DNA of 64,000 nucleotides from Octopus sinensis. Taxonomy: Eukaryota. This document shows, piece after piece, positions 1 to 13,822 of the stretch. Location: NCBI RefSeq assembly GCF_006345805.1, contig NC_042997.1, forward strand, positions 145,948,001-146,012,000, given 5' to 3'. The position numbers and the translations under genes were made by a program. The notes beneath the pieces are model-generated. The model saw only the letters and a list, made by a program, of their open reading frames with translations. It ran no database searches and was not told the DNA's origin. How positions within the stretch are numbered: the first letter of the stretch is position 1; the number at the start of each line of letters is the position of its first letter.

Positions 1-520
1 TCTGAACTGATTGGAATTGTTATCTTATATATTGTTTTATCTTGGTATAAAGATGGGCTACAACAAATATTCGGCTCAATACCACAGATTTGCTTGTCAG
101 TTGTTTGACCTTAACCAGTTGAGCATGTCCGTTATTTGCTGACGATATGTGCAACTTTGATCACGAGCAGAAGTAGTGGGGGAGCATCATAGCCATGTGT
201 TGAGAGGAATTCTTGGGAGTTTGGATAATTCACCCTTGGAAAGATGGGTGTTTCGTTCATTTAACATCCTTAAACAACTCTTATTCAGGGACCTTTTGAG
301 CAGGATGAGTTATTCGACCTGAAGAAAATTCTAACTGGACTCGACCTGCAAGGTCATGTGCTATTTATCGTGATATGAGATTACCATGTCGCGCTCATGT
401 GGTTCTGATGCATGTTCCTGGCGTACCCGTATCAGACGGGTTGTCATGATGGATATACTGGGCTTCATATAATTTACCCCATTGTCACTTTGATGGAGTG
501 CACTGATCTCTCACTCAATA
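1..520 (+). repeat. Interspersed repeat (probable retroposed element 3' part) ending in an (AAT/GAT)n tail
   Basis: Positions 64-215 align by eye with 35651-35815 (caaatattc.gctcaatacca.agatttgcttgtcagttg...gcatcat.gccatgtg.tgagagg.attct). The copy ends at ctctcactc followed by aat/gat triplets. Confidence 0.6.
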
Positions 521-571
521 ATGATGATGATGATGATGATGATAATAATAATAATAATAATAATAATAATC

Positions 572-608
<37 letters not shown>

Positions 609-611
609 CCT

Positions 612-823
612 TTCTACTATGGGCACAAGGGCCTGAAATTTTTGGGGGAGGGGAAAGTTGATTCCATCGACTCCAGTGCCTCACTGATACTTATTTCATC
701 GATCCCAAAAGGATGAAAAGCAAAGTCGACTTCGGCGAAATTTGAACTCAGAGCCTAAAGGCGAACGAAATGCCACTAAGCATTTTGCCCGGCGTCGTGA
801 CGATTCTGCTAGCTCACCGCCTT
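612..823 (-). mobile_element. tRNA-derived SINE, family A (head aaggcggygagctggcagaa)
   Basis: Reverse complement matches the + strand copies at 19541 and 46991 (gagttcaaatt B-box-like motif, gtcgactttgcctttcatcc body, cttgtgcc tail). Confidence 0.85.
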
Positions 824-833
824 AACACTAATA

Positions 834-834
834 C

Positions 835-891
<57 letters not shown>

Positions 892-922
892 CGACGACGA
901 CGACGACGACGATGACGACGAT
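834..922. repeat. (GAT)n/(GAC)n compound microsatellite
   Basis: Directly visible. Confidence 0.95.
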
Positions 923-1539
923 AAAGCTATTATATTACAATAAAAAGAACTGCGATTACTAAGAACTCAATGCAGAATTTTCAGTAATATAAATATTTAT
1001 TGAAGTTGAAAATGTGCAGGATAATAATTTAATATTAAGAAATGATCAGATTATTTTGAGGAACTATCGATAAAGTAATGCATATAAAATGTTAGTTAAG
1101 AGTTGCGGAGGAGTAAGGTGTAGCGTAACTGCGAGGGAGTTGAGTGAGAGTGGGAGAGAAAAATACAAAGAGGACAAAAAGCAAAAGTGGGAGGACGACT
1201 GTCAATGGTGCAGCAGATCGCTTCATCTAAAAGAGGAAATTTAGATTGTTAATAAAGAATCGATGATAGAAAAAAAAATTGGATAGAAGGTTGTCTCTGT
1301 ATGATCAAAGCCATCACGTCGGTGAAATGTTTTTATTTGAAGAGACTACATTTTCAAAAAGGGAAATTACTCTCATTGACTGTTTTCAGTTATTTAGTCT
1401 GATAAACGTTTCAAAATATTTGAGCGTTTTAAGGCATCTTCTGTGCGCACAAGAGCACACCAAACAGACATCGAAAAATAGCTTTCAATAATTTTCGGAA
1501 TGCACATTATGCACAATTGATTGGAATAGTTATAAGAAG

Positions 1540-1862
1540 GTAATGATCTGCCGCCCCACTTCGGTTATGAATGATCATGGGATTGCATCTAGAAAGTTAC
1601 CCTCTGCGGTACAAGTCCGGGCAAGTAGTCCTTGCATACCAACCTCTCCTCTCCACGCCACCGATGTTATCCAAGGGAACGGCAAAGGCTGATACAACTG
1701 GGCACCAGTGATGCTGCAACTCATTTCTACAGCCGAGTGAGCTGGAGTCACTGGAAATAAAGTGTCTTGCTCAAGAACACTACAAACAGCCCGGTCCAGA
1801 AATCGAACTCACTACCTCATGATTGTGAGCCCGACGCTCTAACCATTGAGCCATGCGTCTTG
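1540..1862 (-). mobile_element. tRNA-derived SINE, family C (CORE-like central segment)
   Basis: Minus strand reads tggctcaatggttagagcgtcgggctcacaatcatgaggtagtgagttcgattt (A/B boxes), then gttcttgagcaagacactttatttcc. The tail is shared with 37908-38207. Confidence 0.8.
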
Positions 1863-2264
1863 ACAAATAACAATAGTCTTTATTTGATGTAGATTTCCCC
1901 ATTAACTTTAAGATGCGAGGCAAAATTGATGGCAAAATGGGTAAACATAATCCTTGCTAGGTAATTTGAATGACTTCGATTTTAAGTTGATGCATGATGT
2001 AGAAACAACGAAGTAAATAATCATTTTAGAAATATTTTTACAGTCAAGTGAACATTGATTCGGGTGGATGCACGTATTTGTAATACTTGAGTTGAGTAAA
2101 CAGTTTCGTGAGGTTGACTTATATGTGATTTTTTTTGTTTTGATAAATATGTATTTGCATACGCGTTTTGTCTAAATTATCTCCCTTTCTATTTCTGTAT
2201 ATTCATACACACGAGTATATGCACTTTGAAGCACATACATATAGATGTGTATATATGTACGATA

Positions 2265-2298
<34 letters not shown>

Positions 2299-3444
2299 CG
2301 CGTGTGTGTGTGTGCACACGTACGCGCGTATGTATGTGTGCATGTGCATGCCTGTATACACAAACACACACGCGAAATAAGGAAGTGGAGTTAACCTCCT
2401 ACCTGGACCTAAAAACATTCATACGTTTAATATTCTATCCTTTGAAGTCATTAGCAGTGATTCTCATACAGCTGCACTGGTTATTATCCAGTGGAATAAC
2501 CATAGCTCTGTATACCACGACCTTAAAAAGGCAGCATTCTCCTCACTAGAAAGAAGTTCCATTTCGGCAATTGCAGTTTACTTGCTGGGATGAAAACTAA
2601 GAAAAGTTATGTGTACTTGTAAAACCACTAATGTATGTCCACTCAATTAGTCATGCAATACAGAGACGATAAAATATGAAGCAAAAGTCAACTTTGCTAA
2701 ATTAAATCGCAATAAACATTATATTGGTATGATGGAAGGTAGGCTTAAGCATCGTCATATTAACCCAGCATCATCCCTCAAGTTCAAAGAAAAGAGAAAT
2801 GCAATAACGTTCTGGAGTTAAATTGATTCTGACTTCGAGATTAAGTGTAACATTTTTGATAAAAGATTATACTATTATATTAATAGGAGTAAAGGCTCAC
2901 CTTTTGAACTTGTAAAACTTTGAACTTCAGGTTTTGACAAAAGTATAATGTTATATAACATCAAAAGTCCGACATATTATCTAAAGACAAAATCGAAATA
3001 AAGTTTATACGGAATTCTGTTACTTCCAGAAATACAAGTTAGATTTTGGAAACACCCAGTAATCCAGATTAAGCAGATCAATATCTACCTGTCATAAACA
3101 TAATTTTTTACGTTGTTTAATCACTAATTTTCTTCACAATGTCCTACTACTCACAACATGCCATTTTCAGGAAACAAACTAAGGAAAAAATCTCCAAAAG
3201 CTTTCCAGGTAACTTTTACTGGAAGTAATTTCTCTGTTGAAAATTTGTCATTTTAATGGAAAACCCACCAGGCTGGCCTTGAAGTGCGTAACAAGAGAAT
3301 AATTTTAGTTTATGTAAATTTATATCATTTTGGATACTTCATGGAATGTCATTGATGATAAATCGATATTGCAGGGAAAGTATATATACATCATCTTCCT
3401 TAATTTTTACCCATGTACATAGGTAAGTTTTCCACTTATCCCCT

Positions 3445-4066
3445 TTATCTTTTACCTGTTCCAGTCATTAGACTGTGGTCATGCTGGGGCACCACCTTGA
3501 AGAACTTTTAGCCGAATGTATCGACTCCAGTACTTATTTTTCTTAACTCTGGTATTTATTCTAAACGACTATCTCTTGCCGAACCGCTAAGTTACGGGGG
3601 CCTAAATACATCAACACTTGTTATCAAGTTGTAGTGGGAGACAAACACACACACACACACACACACATACACACGCATACACACGCACACACACATACAC
3701 TTTATATATGTATGTATATGTATGTCCACTCAACTTGTCATACAATACAGAGACGATAAAATACCAAGCAAAAGTTAGCTCTGCTAAATCAAACCGCACT
3801 AAACAGTATATCAAAGGTGCATGTGTATTTATCTATCTATCTATCTATCTATATTTGTGTGTGTGTGTATGTGTGTGTGTGTGAGAGAGAGAGAGAGAAA
3901 TAGAGAGTGTGTGTATACATACATGACTGGCTTTTAGTTTCGTCTACCAAATCCACTCAGTCCGAGGCTATAGCAGAAGACAGTTGCCCAAAGTGCCACG
4001 CAGTGATAGTGAACCCGGAAGTATGATGTTGGGAAGCAAGCTTTTTAGCTCACAGCCACGCTTGCG
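3445..4066 (-). mobile_element. tRNA-derived SINE, family B, with expanded internal microsatellite
   Basis: Head at about 3925-4066 and tail at about 3445-3640 match the intact copy at 52421-52830 in reverse. Confidence 0.75.
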
Positions 4067-4612
4067 AATATAGTACTATGTTAATTTTATAAATTCACAA
4101 ATTATCGTTCTCATGCAAGAACCGTGTCTACTTCATTAAGCCCTTTGCTTTCATCTACTAACTGAAGCCAATATGTTGGTATAGTTTTTATAAACACGTT
4201 TTTGGTAAAACACTTAAATGTGTCCATGGAAATAGTATAGAAGGTCTTCATATGTACCTTGAATTGGTTTCCACATGATATATATGTGTGTGCTAGTATA
4301 ATAAAAAAGATTTTCATTTCTCGAGATTGAATAGACAATTTGTAATCAAGGAAAAACAAAATATATATATATATATATATAACCAGTTTGTCAAATACAT
4401 TTTCGGGAGTACTATGGCTTTTTGAGACTTTTTGAAGTTGGTTTTACTTTTAAAGTCGAGTTTTTATAATGTCTCATCTTAGAAAGAGGCACTAGCCACC
4501 TGACCTGGTTGCGTTGAAAGGGATGAGCGGGTCCTATCACGCGCGCGTACACACACTCACACGCACACAAACACACACATACATACGCATATATATATGT
4601 GTATATGTGTGC

Positions 4613-4658
<46 letters not shown>

Positions 4659-4755
4659 TATATATACTAGTGCTAACTCGCTATCTTTAAGATACCATGA
4701 TTTACATACATACATACATACATACATGCATACGTACATACATACATACATACAT

Positions 4756-4805
<50 letters not shown>

Positions 4806-5690
4806 GTACACACACGCAATACATTCCGATGTATTCTTAATATGGGTAGTTTTCGTTACTAAACCCAATATCATCGTTAATACTGTTATCCAATCTATGC
4901 TTATGTGTAGAGGAAAATTTACCCCATCTTATTCACATTATTGTCACCCTTTTGATGCAAGCAGAACGAAAGACGTATATTGTTTGTCTATATATAGCAT
5001 GAAGTTAATTATGATCTATTGTTACATACAAAGTTAAATTAAAGCAAGCCGATACTTAGATATTTAATAAAAATGTAATGTTAGTATTATGCTGAAAAAA
5101 AAATGCTAAAAGAATATATATCGTCGTTAAAGCAATGAAATAATAATTCTTAGGAGAACGACGGCAAAGCATGCAACAGTTGAAAATGTAAAATAGAAAT
5201 CTGGTAGCTATGAGATAAAATATTGCAAAGCAGTGGTTAGCAAAACGTGCATTTAATATTGAAAAACAATGTTAAATAAATGAAGAGTATTAAGTGAAAA
5301 AAAATAATGAAACATAAGCTGTAACAATAAGAACGAATACCCCTACAGAAACGGTTTCAATACTAAATCAGACTTAAGAGAAAGCATTAGTATTAATGAA
5401 ACAGAACAAAAGCGCACATACTATTAATAATGAGTGTATAAGAAAACAGCAATGAATAGTTTTGAATAGCCTATGCACACACAAATAGCAAACAAAGTTG
5501 CGGAGATATTCGAAAAAGCAATCTTCACGAAGTAAACATTCAAATGAGAAGTCACTTGTGATCGTAGATGGGCACATGAACTGTAGGTCGGGGATAGTAT
5601 AAAAGAAGTTACTGTATATCATTGCATATGCGTAACCGGATGTCTACAATAAACATGTATTTACTGAAAGGATATCTAAGATATTACATA

Positions 5691-5808
<118 letters not shown>

Positions 5809-6009
5809 ATATATATATATATATATATAGGTATATATATATCTATAGAAATATATATACCTACATATGTATGTATGTATGTATGTATACATGCATATAT
5901 ATAGATATATATAACTATAAACATATATATGTTTACATATGTTTGTATGTATATATATATACATACACATAAATTTCTAAATGAACAATTTCTTAACCAT
6001 CCTCGCACC

Positions 6010-6057
6010 GTCTTCGATGAAGGGATATAATAAATATCCTGGAAACTGCCGTAAGAC
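6010..6057 (+). ncRNA. Type I hammerhead ribozyme-like motif, variant core UCGAUGA
   Basis: GTCT-TCGATGA-A-GGGATAT[aataa]ATATCCT-G-GAAAC-TGCC-GTA-AGAC. Helix I GTCT/AGAC, 7-bp helix II, GUA cleavage triplet. Confidence 0.65.
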
Positions 6058-6261
6058 CTTCTATCTATGAATGTTCTAAAATCTACACAGCCTCGTTTTT
6101 TTTTATCTTATTACGAAATAAAATGTATACATACATACATATATAAGCATATGTGTATATATATGCATATCTATATATATAAATATGTTTATATTTATGT
6201 ATATATGTGCATATATATATGAACATGTATATACATACATACACACACATATGTATGTATG

Positions 6262-6320
<59 letters not shown>

Positions 6321-6602
6321 CTGGATATAAATGCACATATATGTATATTTATAAAAGCAAACACACACATATATATAAACACATTCACACGAAAAAATGC
6401 ATGCAAAATCAAACACACACATATATGGATACATATGGATAACTGAAGCATGAATACATATAAAACTGATACATGTAAAAGGAAACCATTTTCTTGTAAG
6501 GCTTCGTCTCTGGTCACAGATATGTAGCTTCCTTTGGATGCATGAATGCATTCCAGTGCCTCATACTCACATGAAAAGAATAGATGTGTCAGTATGACTA
6601 AC

Positions 6603-6641
6603 ATTTGTACAATTGTTTCAGTGTCTATGACTATTCATGTG
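6603..6641 (-). ncRNA. Decayed hammerhead-like motif
   Basis: Minus strand: CACATGA-A-TAGTC[ata]GACAC-T-GAAAC-AATT-GTA-CAAAT. The 3' half is intact with palindromic ACAATTGT, but the CUGANGA box is degraded. Confidence 0.4.
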
Positions 6642-6836
6642 TAAAATGTTTGCTGTTGTCTAATCTAAATACGAATGCATCGAGCATGTAAATAAGCCTA
6701 ATTCATAAACATGTACGTTTGAATCTATACTAATATCGATATAAATGCATATACATAATCTATATGCGTGCATACATGCATATATATATATGCAATACAT
6801 ATTTATATAATGTGTATTGTCTGTGGTGTGCGTATG

Positions 6837-6886
<50 letters not shown>

Positions 6887-7220
6887 TATACACACAAATA
6901 AATTAATACATGTATATGTATATATGTATAAATACCTACCTACATAGATACATACTTACATACATGCATATATATACACATACATATATATATATATACA
7001 TATACATATATATATGTATATATATATATACATATATGCATATATATATAAGTATATGCATACATATATACTATATATACGTATATATATGCATAAATAT
7101 GTATATATATGCATATAGGTACATACATATACATACATATATAATATATATACATATACATATATATATATAATATATATATGCATATATATACATATAT
7201 ATATATACATATATATATGT

Positions 7221-7254
<34 letters not shown>

Positions 7255-7916
7255 CTATGTATACGTATATATATATATACATATATATGTATATATATAT
7301 GTATATAATGTATGTATGTATGTATGTATGTATGTATGCATGCTTGAGGAAAGAATAATCACAAATCCTTTCCACACGCAAATATACAAGCTGGCATGAA
7401 ATAAATCTGGCATTTGTGAAAGCAAAGGAGAAAAAAAAATTCAGACATTCTAATTATATATCTCCTATCATACCTATACTTCAAAAGGTTTTCATTTTTT
7501 AAAGCTCTTTGATCAGTTTCTTTCCACTTTAGTATAACAATTTGCTTCTATCTTTACCCCTTCCGTTCACTATTTTTATAAATACACTTCGCTGCTTCTC
7601 CAATTTTCTTTCTTTTACACATTGTTTATGTGTCTGACTGTTTGTCTGTACGTGAGGATATGTGTGTGGGTGTGTGGGTGTGCTTACGGGTATGTGTGTG
7701 TGTGTATATATGTGTGTGCGTATGTGCGCGTGCATGTAAGCTTGTCTGCGTGTGTGTTTTGTGAGTGTATCATAATCTCTCACTGTTTCTTCTCTCACAT
7801 ACGTGTGTGTGTGTGTTTGTGTGTTTGTGCACATATTTATGCCTACACATGTACACATATACCCACCCTCACACATATATTCATGCATGTATGTATGTGT
7901 GTGTGTATGTATGTAC

Positions 7917-7959
<43 letters not shown>

Positions 7960-8073
7960 TATATATGTATTATATATGCGCATATATATATATAATATAT
8001 ATTGCCTTCTACCACAGGCAACACACAGACAACACACACATACACACTCACACACACACACACACACACACAC

Positions 8074-8160
<87 letters not shown>

Positions 8161-8224
8161 GATAGTTACATACATACATATATACATACATTCTTCATTT
8201 TTTTAATTGTTTGTTCGTTGAATT

Positions 8225-8300
<76 letters not shown>

Positions 8301-8425
8301 TATGGGATCCGAACGGGTCTCCATAGAGGAAGTTAGTAAGCATCAACCATTTACACGGCTTGCATAAATGACCAAAAGTGGATACTACACGAACAACAAA
8401 GTTTATTAACCGGTGTGGATCCCAT

Positions 8426-8745
8426 AGTGAAGCAGCTCAGTGAAGGCCCGAGGCCTGATAGTTCGGTGTATTGCACTCAAACTCGTGTGATCACGGTTTA
8501 CATTCCCAAACCGGCTGCGCGTTCTGTCCTTGAGCAAAACGTTTCATTTCACATTACTCCACTGAAATCAGCTGTAAACGGGTAACTCTTCAAAGGACTA
8601 GCCTTCCGAACAGGGTTGATGTGGGCCTGCTCGCCTAGCGAGCGGGGTGGCATCATCCGAAATCCGAAACGATGCAAATCGCATTGTGACTAGAGATGTA
8701 TAACAACATCCGGTAGCCTGATCGATCACATGATCGTGTGATTAT
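8426..8745 (+). mobile_element. tRNA-derived SINE, family C-related
   Basis: Decayed tRNA head followed by tgtccttgagcaaaacgtttcatttcac, the same segment seen in the family C copies. Confidence 0.65.
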
Positions 8746-8802
8746 ATAGTATACATACATAAATACATACATATATACATACATGCGTGTGTGATACACA
8801 AA

Positions 8803-9018
8803 CAACGTTGTGCTGAAAAGTTCCTGGCTTTGCGTAAAAGGAAATAAAGGAGGATCGGTTAATAATGTTTTTATTCAACGTATTCCTCTCTCAGATTCAC
8901 ACACCTCTTTCTCGGTCCTTCAGTTTTGCTAAGCTCTGTAAAAGAACTCGGAAGGTTAGGCCTCCAGCCAGGCCTTTCACGACATCCTTAAAGCCAGGAA
9001 ATTTTGGGCACCTCATTC
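8803..9018. mobile_element. Mariner-type MITE (about 210 bp)
   Basis: Inverted ends gtgctgaaaagttcctggcttt (8810-8831) and aaagccaggaaattttgggcac (8990-9011), with no coding capacity between them. Confidence 0.7.
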
Positions 9019-9353
9019 ATACATACATACATATATTTATATATACATATATATATATATATTCTCTCTACACTACACCATACGACTTTACACATCACAT
9101 CATATATACATACACACGTCCAGACCTCTCATACGCACTAATACTCTCTCATACACACACACACACTCTTCTCATACACACACACTCTTATGTTGGAGCG
9201 AGGTCATTTAACCCTATTATCTCCCCTAATTTCGCTCTTGCGTCTCACGTTTGATCTTTGACTTCTGGCCGAAATCAGATCGCCATGTTGATTCGCTAGC
9301 CTCTGCACGCATTTTTTTTCTCTCCTTCTTTCTGTGTTTTTTTTCTCTGTGTA

Positions 9354-9391
9354 TCTTTCTGTTGAAGAGCGTAGGCTCGAAACGTTAAAGA
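9354..9391 (+). ncRNA. Minimal hammerhead-like motif (A6U) in a PLE-type 3' tail
   Basis: TCTTT-CTGTTGA-A-GAGC[gtag]GCTC-GAAAC-GTT-AAAGA. 5-bp helix I, 4-bp helix II, loopless palindromic helix III (ACGT). Confidence 0.6.
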
Positions 9392-9518
9392 CTTGTTTTA
9401 TTTATATTTCCTGAGCGCCATACTAATACAATTGTTTGTTTGTATTCCACCTACCTTCGTCTTTTGTTTATTTCCGTAAACCTGCCTTCGTCTTTTGTCT
9501 ATTTTCATAAAGCTTCCG

Positions 9519-9684
<166 letters not shown>

Positions 9685-9862
9685 TGTGCGTGTGTGTATA
9701 TATATATATATATAATGTAAATTAGAGAAAAACCACTATAATGTAATTCAAGCAATGATAGACATAAACCATATCATATAGAAAAATAAAATATACTATA
9801 AAACATATAACTATATCACAAAAGGTACAAAAAATGAATAAACAATATATAATAAGTAAAAA

Positions 9863-9942
9863 GACAACGTACGTTTCATGGCTATAACTTCAATTCGAAT
9901 TACAATTAAATTCAATTTAAAAGTATAGTCACTCCTCAGGTC
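9863..9942 (-). ncRNA. Type I hammerhead ribozyme motif, canonical core
   Basis: Minus strand: GAC-CTGAGGA-GTGACTATACTT[loop]AAGTTATAGCCAT-GAAAC-GTAC-GTT-GTC. Palindromic ACGTACGT, 3-bp helix I. Confidence 0.7.
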
Positions 9943-10321
9943 AACAATAATAACAATAATAGTTAAATAAATAATCAAATAGAATTAAACAATATTTCTT
10001 AAAGAAATGAAAACATAATTCTTCTAATAGAAGAAACTCCGTTAACTAAATTTGAAACTTAAAAAGTAGGACCAGGTGTCTATCATACATTTATCATGTT
10101 AAAAACCTAAGGTAAAAAAATAGAGTAAATAGTTAGAAAAATGTATTTTATCTGTTTTATATATGTTTTATAATATCTTTTATTCTATATGATATAGTTT
10201 ATGTCTATCATTGCTTAAATTACATAATAGTGATTTTTGTCTAATTTATATATATTTATATTGTGAAATTTGTTTTAATACTAAATTGAATTTTTCCCTG
10301 TAAGTTTGGAGTTACACTTCC

Positions 10322-10353
<32 letters not shown>

Positions 10354-10370
10354 CATATGTATATGTATAT

Positions 10371-10452
<82 letters not shown>

Positions 10453-10479
10453 TTATATATTTTAATAGAAAAGACCGGC

Positions 10480-11160
10480 AGTTGCCTATAAATGCCTGTG
10501 AATTTTCTCAACGCTACCGATTTTAACAAAAGTAAAAGCCATCGTCCTGAGCCGATATAGCTTGTCGCCAATGTTATCGAAGATGTTGCTCTCAAATAGC
10601 AAAGAGTCGGAAAATATACCAAAAGAAATTTCGTTCGACTTTTTAATAGTTCTGCTAATCAACAACCCGGATATGAGCATTTTTTTTATTGATACCGAAA
10701 CGATGGAAAGCGAAGCTGATACTGTTTGTGGTTTGAACTCAGAACTTTGAGATTCCTCACAAATACCATGGGGTGACTCTGTCCAACGCCCCTATGACTC
10801 TTCCAATTCACCGCCTTTTTAAGCTTAATTTTTGTAAATACTGAGATACAAGTTGACAAAAAATTGAAGGCAAGCACTCGCGAGTGAATGTTTTCATTGG
10901 TAAATAAAGTCATAACCTCTGACAACGTTTAGTAAATTAAATAAATTAATGTTAAGATACTCAATGTAACGAACAGAAAAAAACTCTAATTAGAAATCAT
11001 TATACTACGAAGAGAATAGAAGATTATCTCGATGACCTATTTGAATTATTTCTGCCAAGAATTGTAGGGAACTCCTAAGATGCATCGGGCTTTTTAATCT
11101 TCATCGGTGAACTAAACTTTTTTTTATGGTCACTCCCATAGATCTGTTAGTACAAGCTTA
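10480..11160 (-). mobile_element. Penelope-like element reverse transcriptase relic
   Basis: Frame-broken minus-strand translation gives VMTLFTN (cf. DVxSLFTN), HRGVGQSHPM (cf. GxAMGSP) and KLYR..DDGF (cf. YxRYVDD). Confidence 0.5.
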
Positions 11161-12254
11161 ATTTTTATCGTTTTTTTGTGTATAGCGTGTCAGAGTTATA
11201 TAGTGTTTAAATACCTAGAAAGACAAACCCATTCAATCTGCGAAAAATAACATTGAAAGTACAATACACTATCTTAGGAAAAGAATAGTAACTCTGGTAA
11301 TATAGACACTGTGTACGAACAAAAGATTGATGGTTACCATTGGAGCGTTGTTCGGTAAGTATTGACATGAGTTAGCAATAACAACAGTAGCAGCAATTCA
11401 ACAACAACAACACACACACACACATATACGCATACACCCAAACACAAACGCGCGAGCGAACACACGCACACACACAAATAATACACACATACATAATCAG
11501 ACGCACAAGAACGGTGCCACAAATTTGACGTTATATTTTGCAAACATATACCTACGCACATACTGAAATCCTAAGTGAAGAGGTGGCAAGATAAGAACTG
11601 TAATGCTTTTAGGAAGAAAAAGGAAAAGCAAAACGTGTGGTTATCCACATACAAACAAGCATATTAACAAAGATAGATATACTTTGCAGTGATTGAAGTC
11701 TATTATTTATGGTGTATTGGAGCGTATATAGTGCAAAAAAGAAAACTTACATTAATAAGTACCATTGTAGTCCATATACAAATATTTTTTCTACTCTAGG
11801 CACAATGCCCGATTTTTATAAATAAATATCATTGGACACTATAACATTTTATTTAAGAGAGAGTGCATATAATTTTAATTAAACTTGTCCAATTAGAAGA
11901 TGATATGTCCATCACCTTAGCATGGCTTCCGAAACTAGTAGAGTGCGGAAAAAAAGATTAATGCACGAATCATACCTTTTCTGCAGTAGAAACCAGAGGT
12001 ACTCAGGACTGAATTACTTTCACAGTGGAGACATGATCTGAGTGCTTATAAATGAGTTGACTACATTGATGCATCTAAAAGAAACGACCGTTCAGTAATC
12101 TGGAAATAAGAACCATACAGTAGATCGAAGCACTTAATTACACACCATACCGACATATATTTTCTATTTCTCTAAACATTTTCGTCTCGCTAACATGCAC
12201 AGAAGTACGTTTCTAACAACAGGACTATGTCTGAGCCTATACGTATATATTATT

Positions 12255-12460
12255 TTCAAATTTTGACACAAGGCCAGCAATTTTGGGGAAGGTGAAAGTT
12301 GATTACATCATCTCCAGTACTCAACTGGTACTTATTTTATCGAGCCCAAAAGAATGAAAGGCAAAGTCAAACTCGGCGGAATTTCAACTCAGACCGTAAA
12401 GAGGGACGAAATGCCGCTGAGAATTTTGCCCGGCTAACGATTCTACCATCGTACTGCCTT
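12255..12460 (-). mobile_element. SINE family A
   Basis: Same body as 612-823. Confidence 0.8.
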
Positions 12461-12502
12461 CCTTTGCCATCATTATGTATATACTACCTGTATCATTATT
12501 AG

Positions 12503-12810
12503 GTTCGTCCTTCGTGTAGCTGAAGATGACCAGGTTATCACCTTCACAATTTGTAGGCCCTGGGGTGGCATATTTGGCCAATTTTGGCATGAAATCAGTG
12601 GTTACAACGAGGGTACAAAATAGGAGAGCGAAGATCCGTCATGAATCTTGCCTTCTATGTAGCCCTCCCCTTTTTAGCTTCTCTGATCCGTTTCGGTTTA
12701 GTCCCGTATACACAGCATTATGCCTCCGTGAGGAATCCTGAGCAAGATGAACCCATGTGTCCTTTTTTTTATAGTTGTCCCGAGTGCGTCCTCGGATCTC
12801 TTTACCTATG
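12503..12810 (+). mobile_element. Possible L1/Tx1-type LINE ORF2 C-terminal fragment
   Basis: RRSVMNLAFYVALPFLASLIRFGLV...EQDEPMCPFFYSCPEC resembles the ALP...RxGL...E..H.F..C region before and in the L1/Tx1 zinc knuckle. There are stops upstream. Confidence 0.35.
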
Positions 12811-13329
12811 TATAATGAATATATATTTAGATATTTTTGCATGTGTGTGTATAAAACATAGTCACAAGTATCAGATTCTTCAAATGAGAACAAAATCTAG
12901 AAGCGTTTATCAGACTTATGTACATCGTATTTCCAAGACTAATTAGAAAATATGAAAAGTTATTAATAAAGATAATCAAACCACGAAATGTCAGAAAGAA
13001 CATCCACACACATATATATTTAAATGTATGTATATGTATGTTTAATGTTTGTTTATTATGTCAACTTATATGTGTAAACAATTTAACATTAAACTCAAAG
13101 ATTACGTAGTATTTTAATGGTGTACAGATTCATTTAATGGTATACAGATTCCCCTGACTGTGCTTTACATGGGTTCTTTTTGGCTTTATATCATCTTTGG
13201 CAAGTTGGGATTTTGGTTGAATGGAAAGGTAGGTAGGGTTACGTGTAGCGTAAGTAGATCAGGGAAGGATTTGTGAAGGAAAGACGAATTGTAGTGAATG
13301 AGATGACAGTAATGGAAAGGAGATTTATT

Positions 13330-13540
13330 TTAGTTTGGTACAGGAATTTTATCGTTTAGGGTTCAGTCGCAAGTAGAAGTATTGTTGTAAACAGTTATGT
13401 CAAATTCAAGTGCGATTTTTGTTGCTTTAGGCTTCACAAAAGAATGTTTGTAGGTAAACTATTTGGTCATACAGCGTTAGGTCACACTTAGGTTGAATTG
13501 GTTTTAGTAGTATTGGATCTCTATTAAGAAATTTTAAAGA
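13330..13540 (-). mobile_element. PLE GIY-YIG C-terminal relic
   Basis: Minus strand KPIQPKCDLTLYDQIVYL...NKNRT*I*HNCLQQYF resembles PY...CxLC.xEK...LNxRxEI...C.H of PLE ends. Confidence 0.4.
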
Positions 13541-13822
13541 GTATATGTATGTGCGTGTATGGGCGTGTATGTGCGTATTTGTGTTTGTATGTGTATGTGT
13601 TTATCTCTTGCAATCTAAAACTTCCAGAAATTTATTCAATAAGTAGCAAAATATAAAAGCTATTTTAAAAAATAGCTACTTGCTTCGCCACGCACCAAAT
13701 TTAGAAATAGCAGTTAAAATACTTTTTCCACTACCATAAATAACACCCAGACAGTAACACGCTTATTTTATGTTGGCAAAAAAAAAAAATAAATAAATAA
13801 AAAATACACACGAGTTAGATTC

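Noticed and set aside
11976-12074. 99-nt minus-strand exon with good splice signals (tttcttttag / AAG|gtatga)
   Set aside because: Stops occur in all three frames. It could be a non-coding exon, but sequence alone cannot support it.
12503-12622. Apparent terminal exon FVLRVAEDDQVITFTICRPWGGIFGQFWHEISGYNEGTK*
   Set aside because: No recognisable protein. The adjoining frame looks like an L1/Tx1 C-terminus, so a LINE relic is the better explanation.
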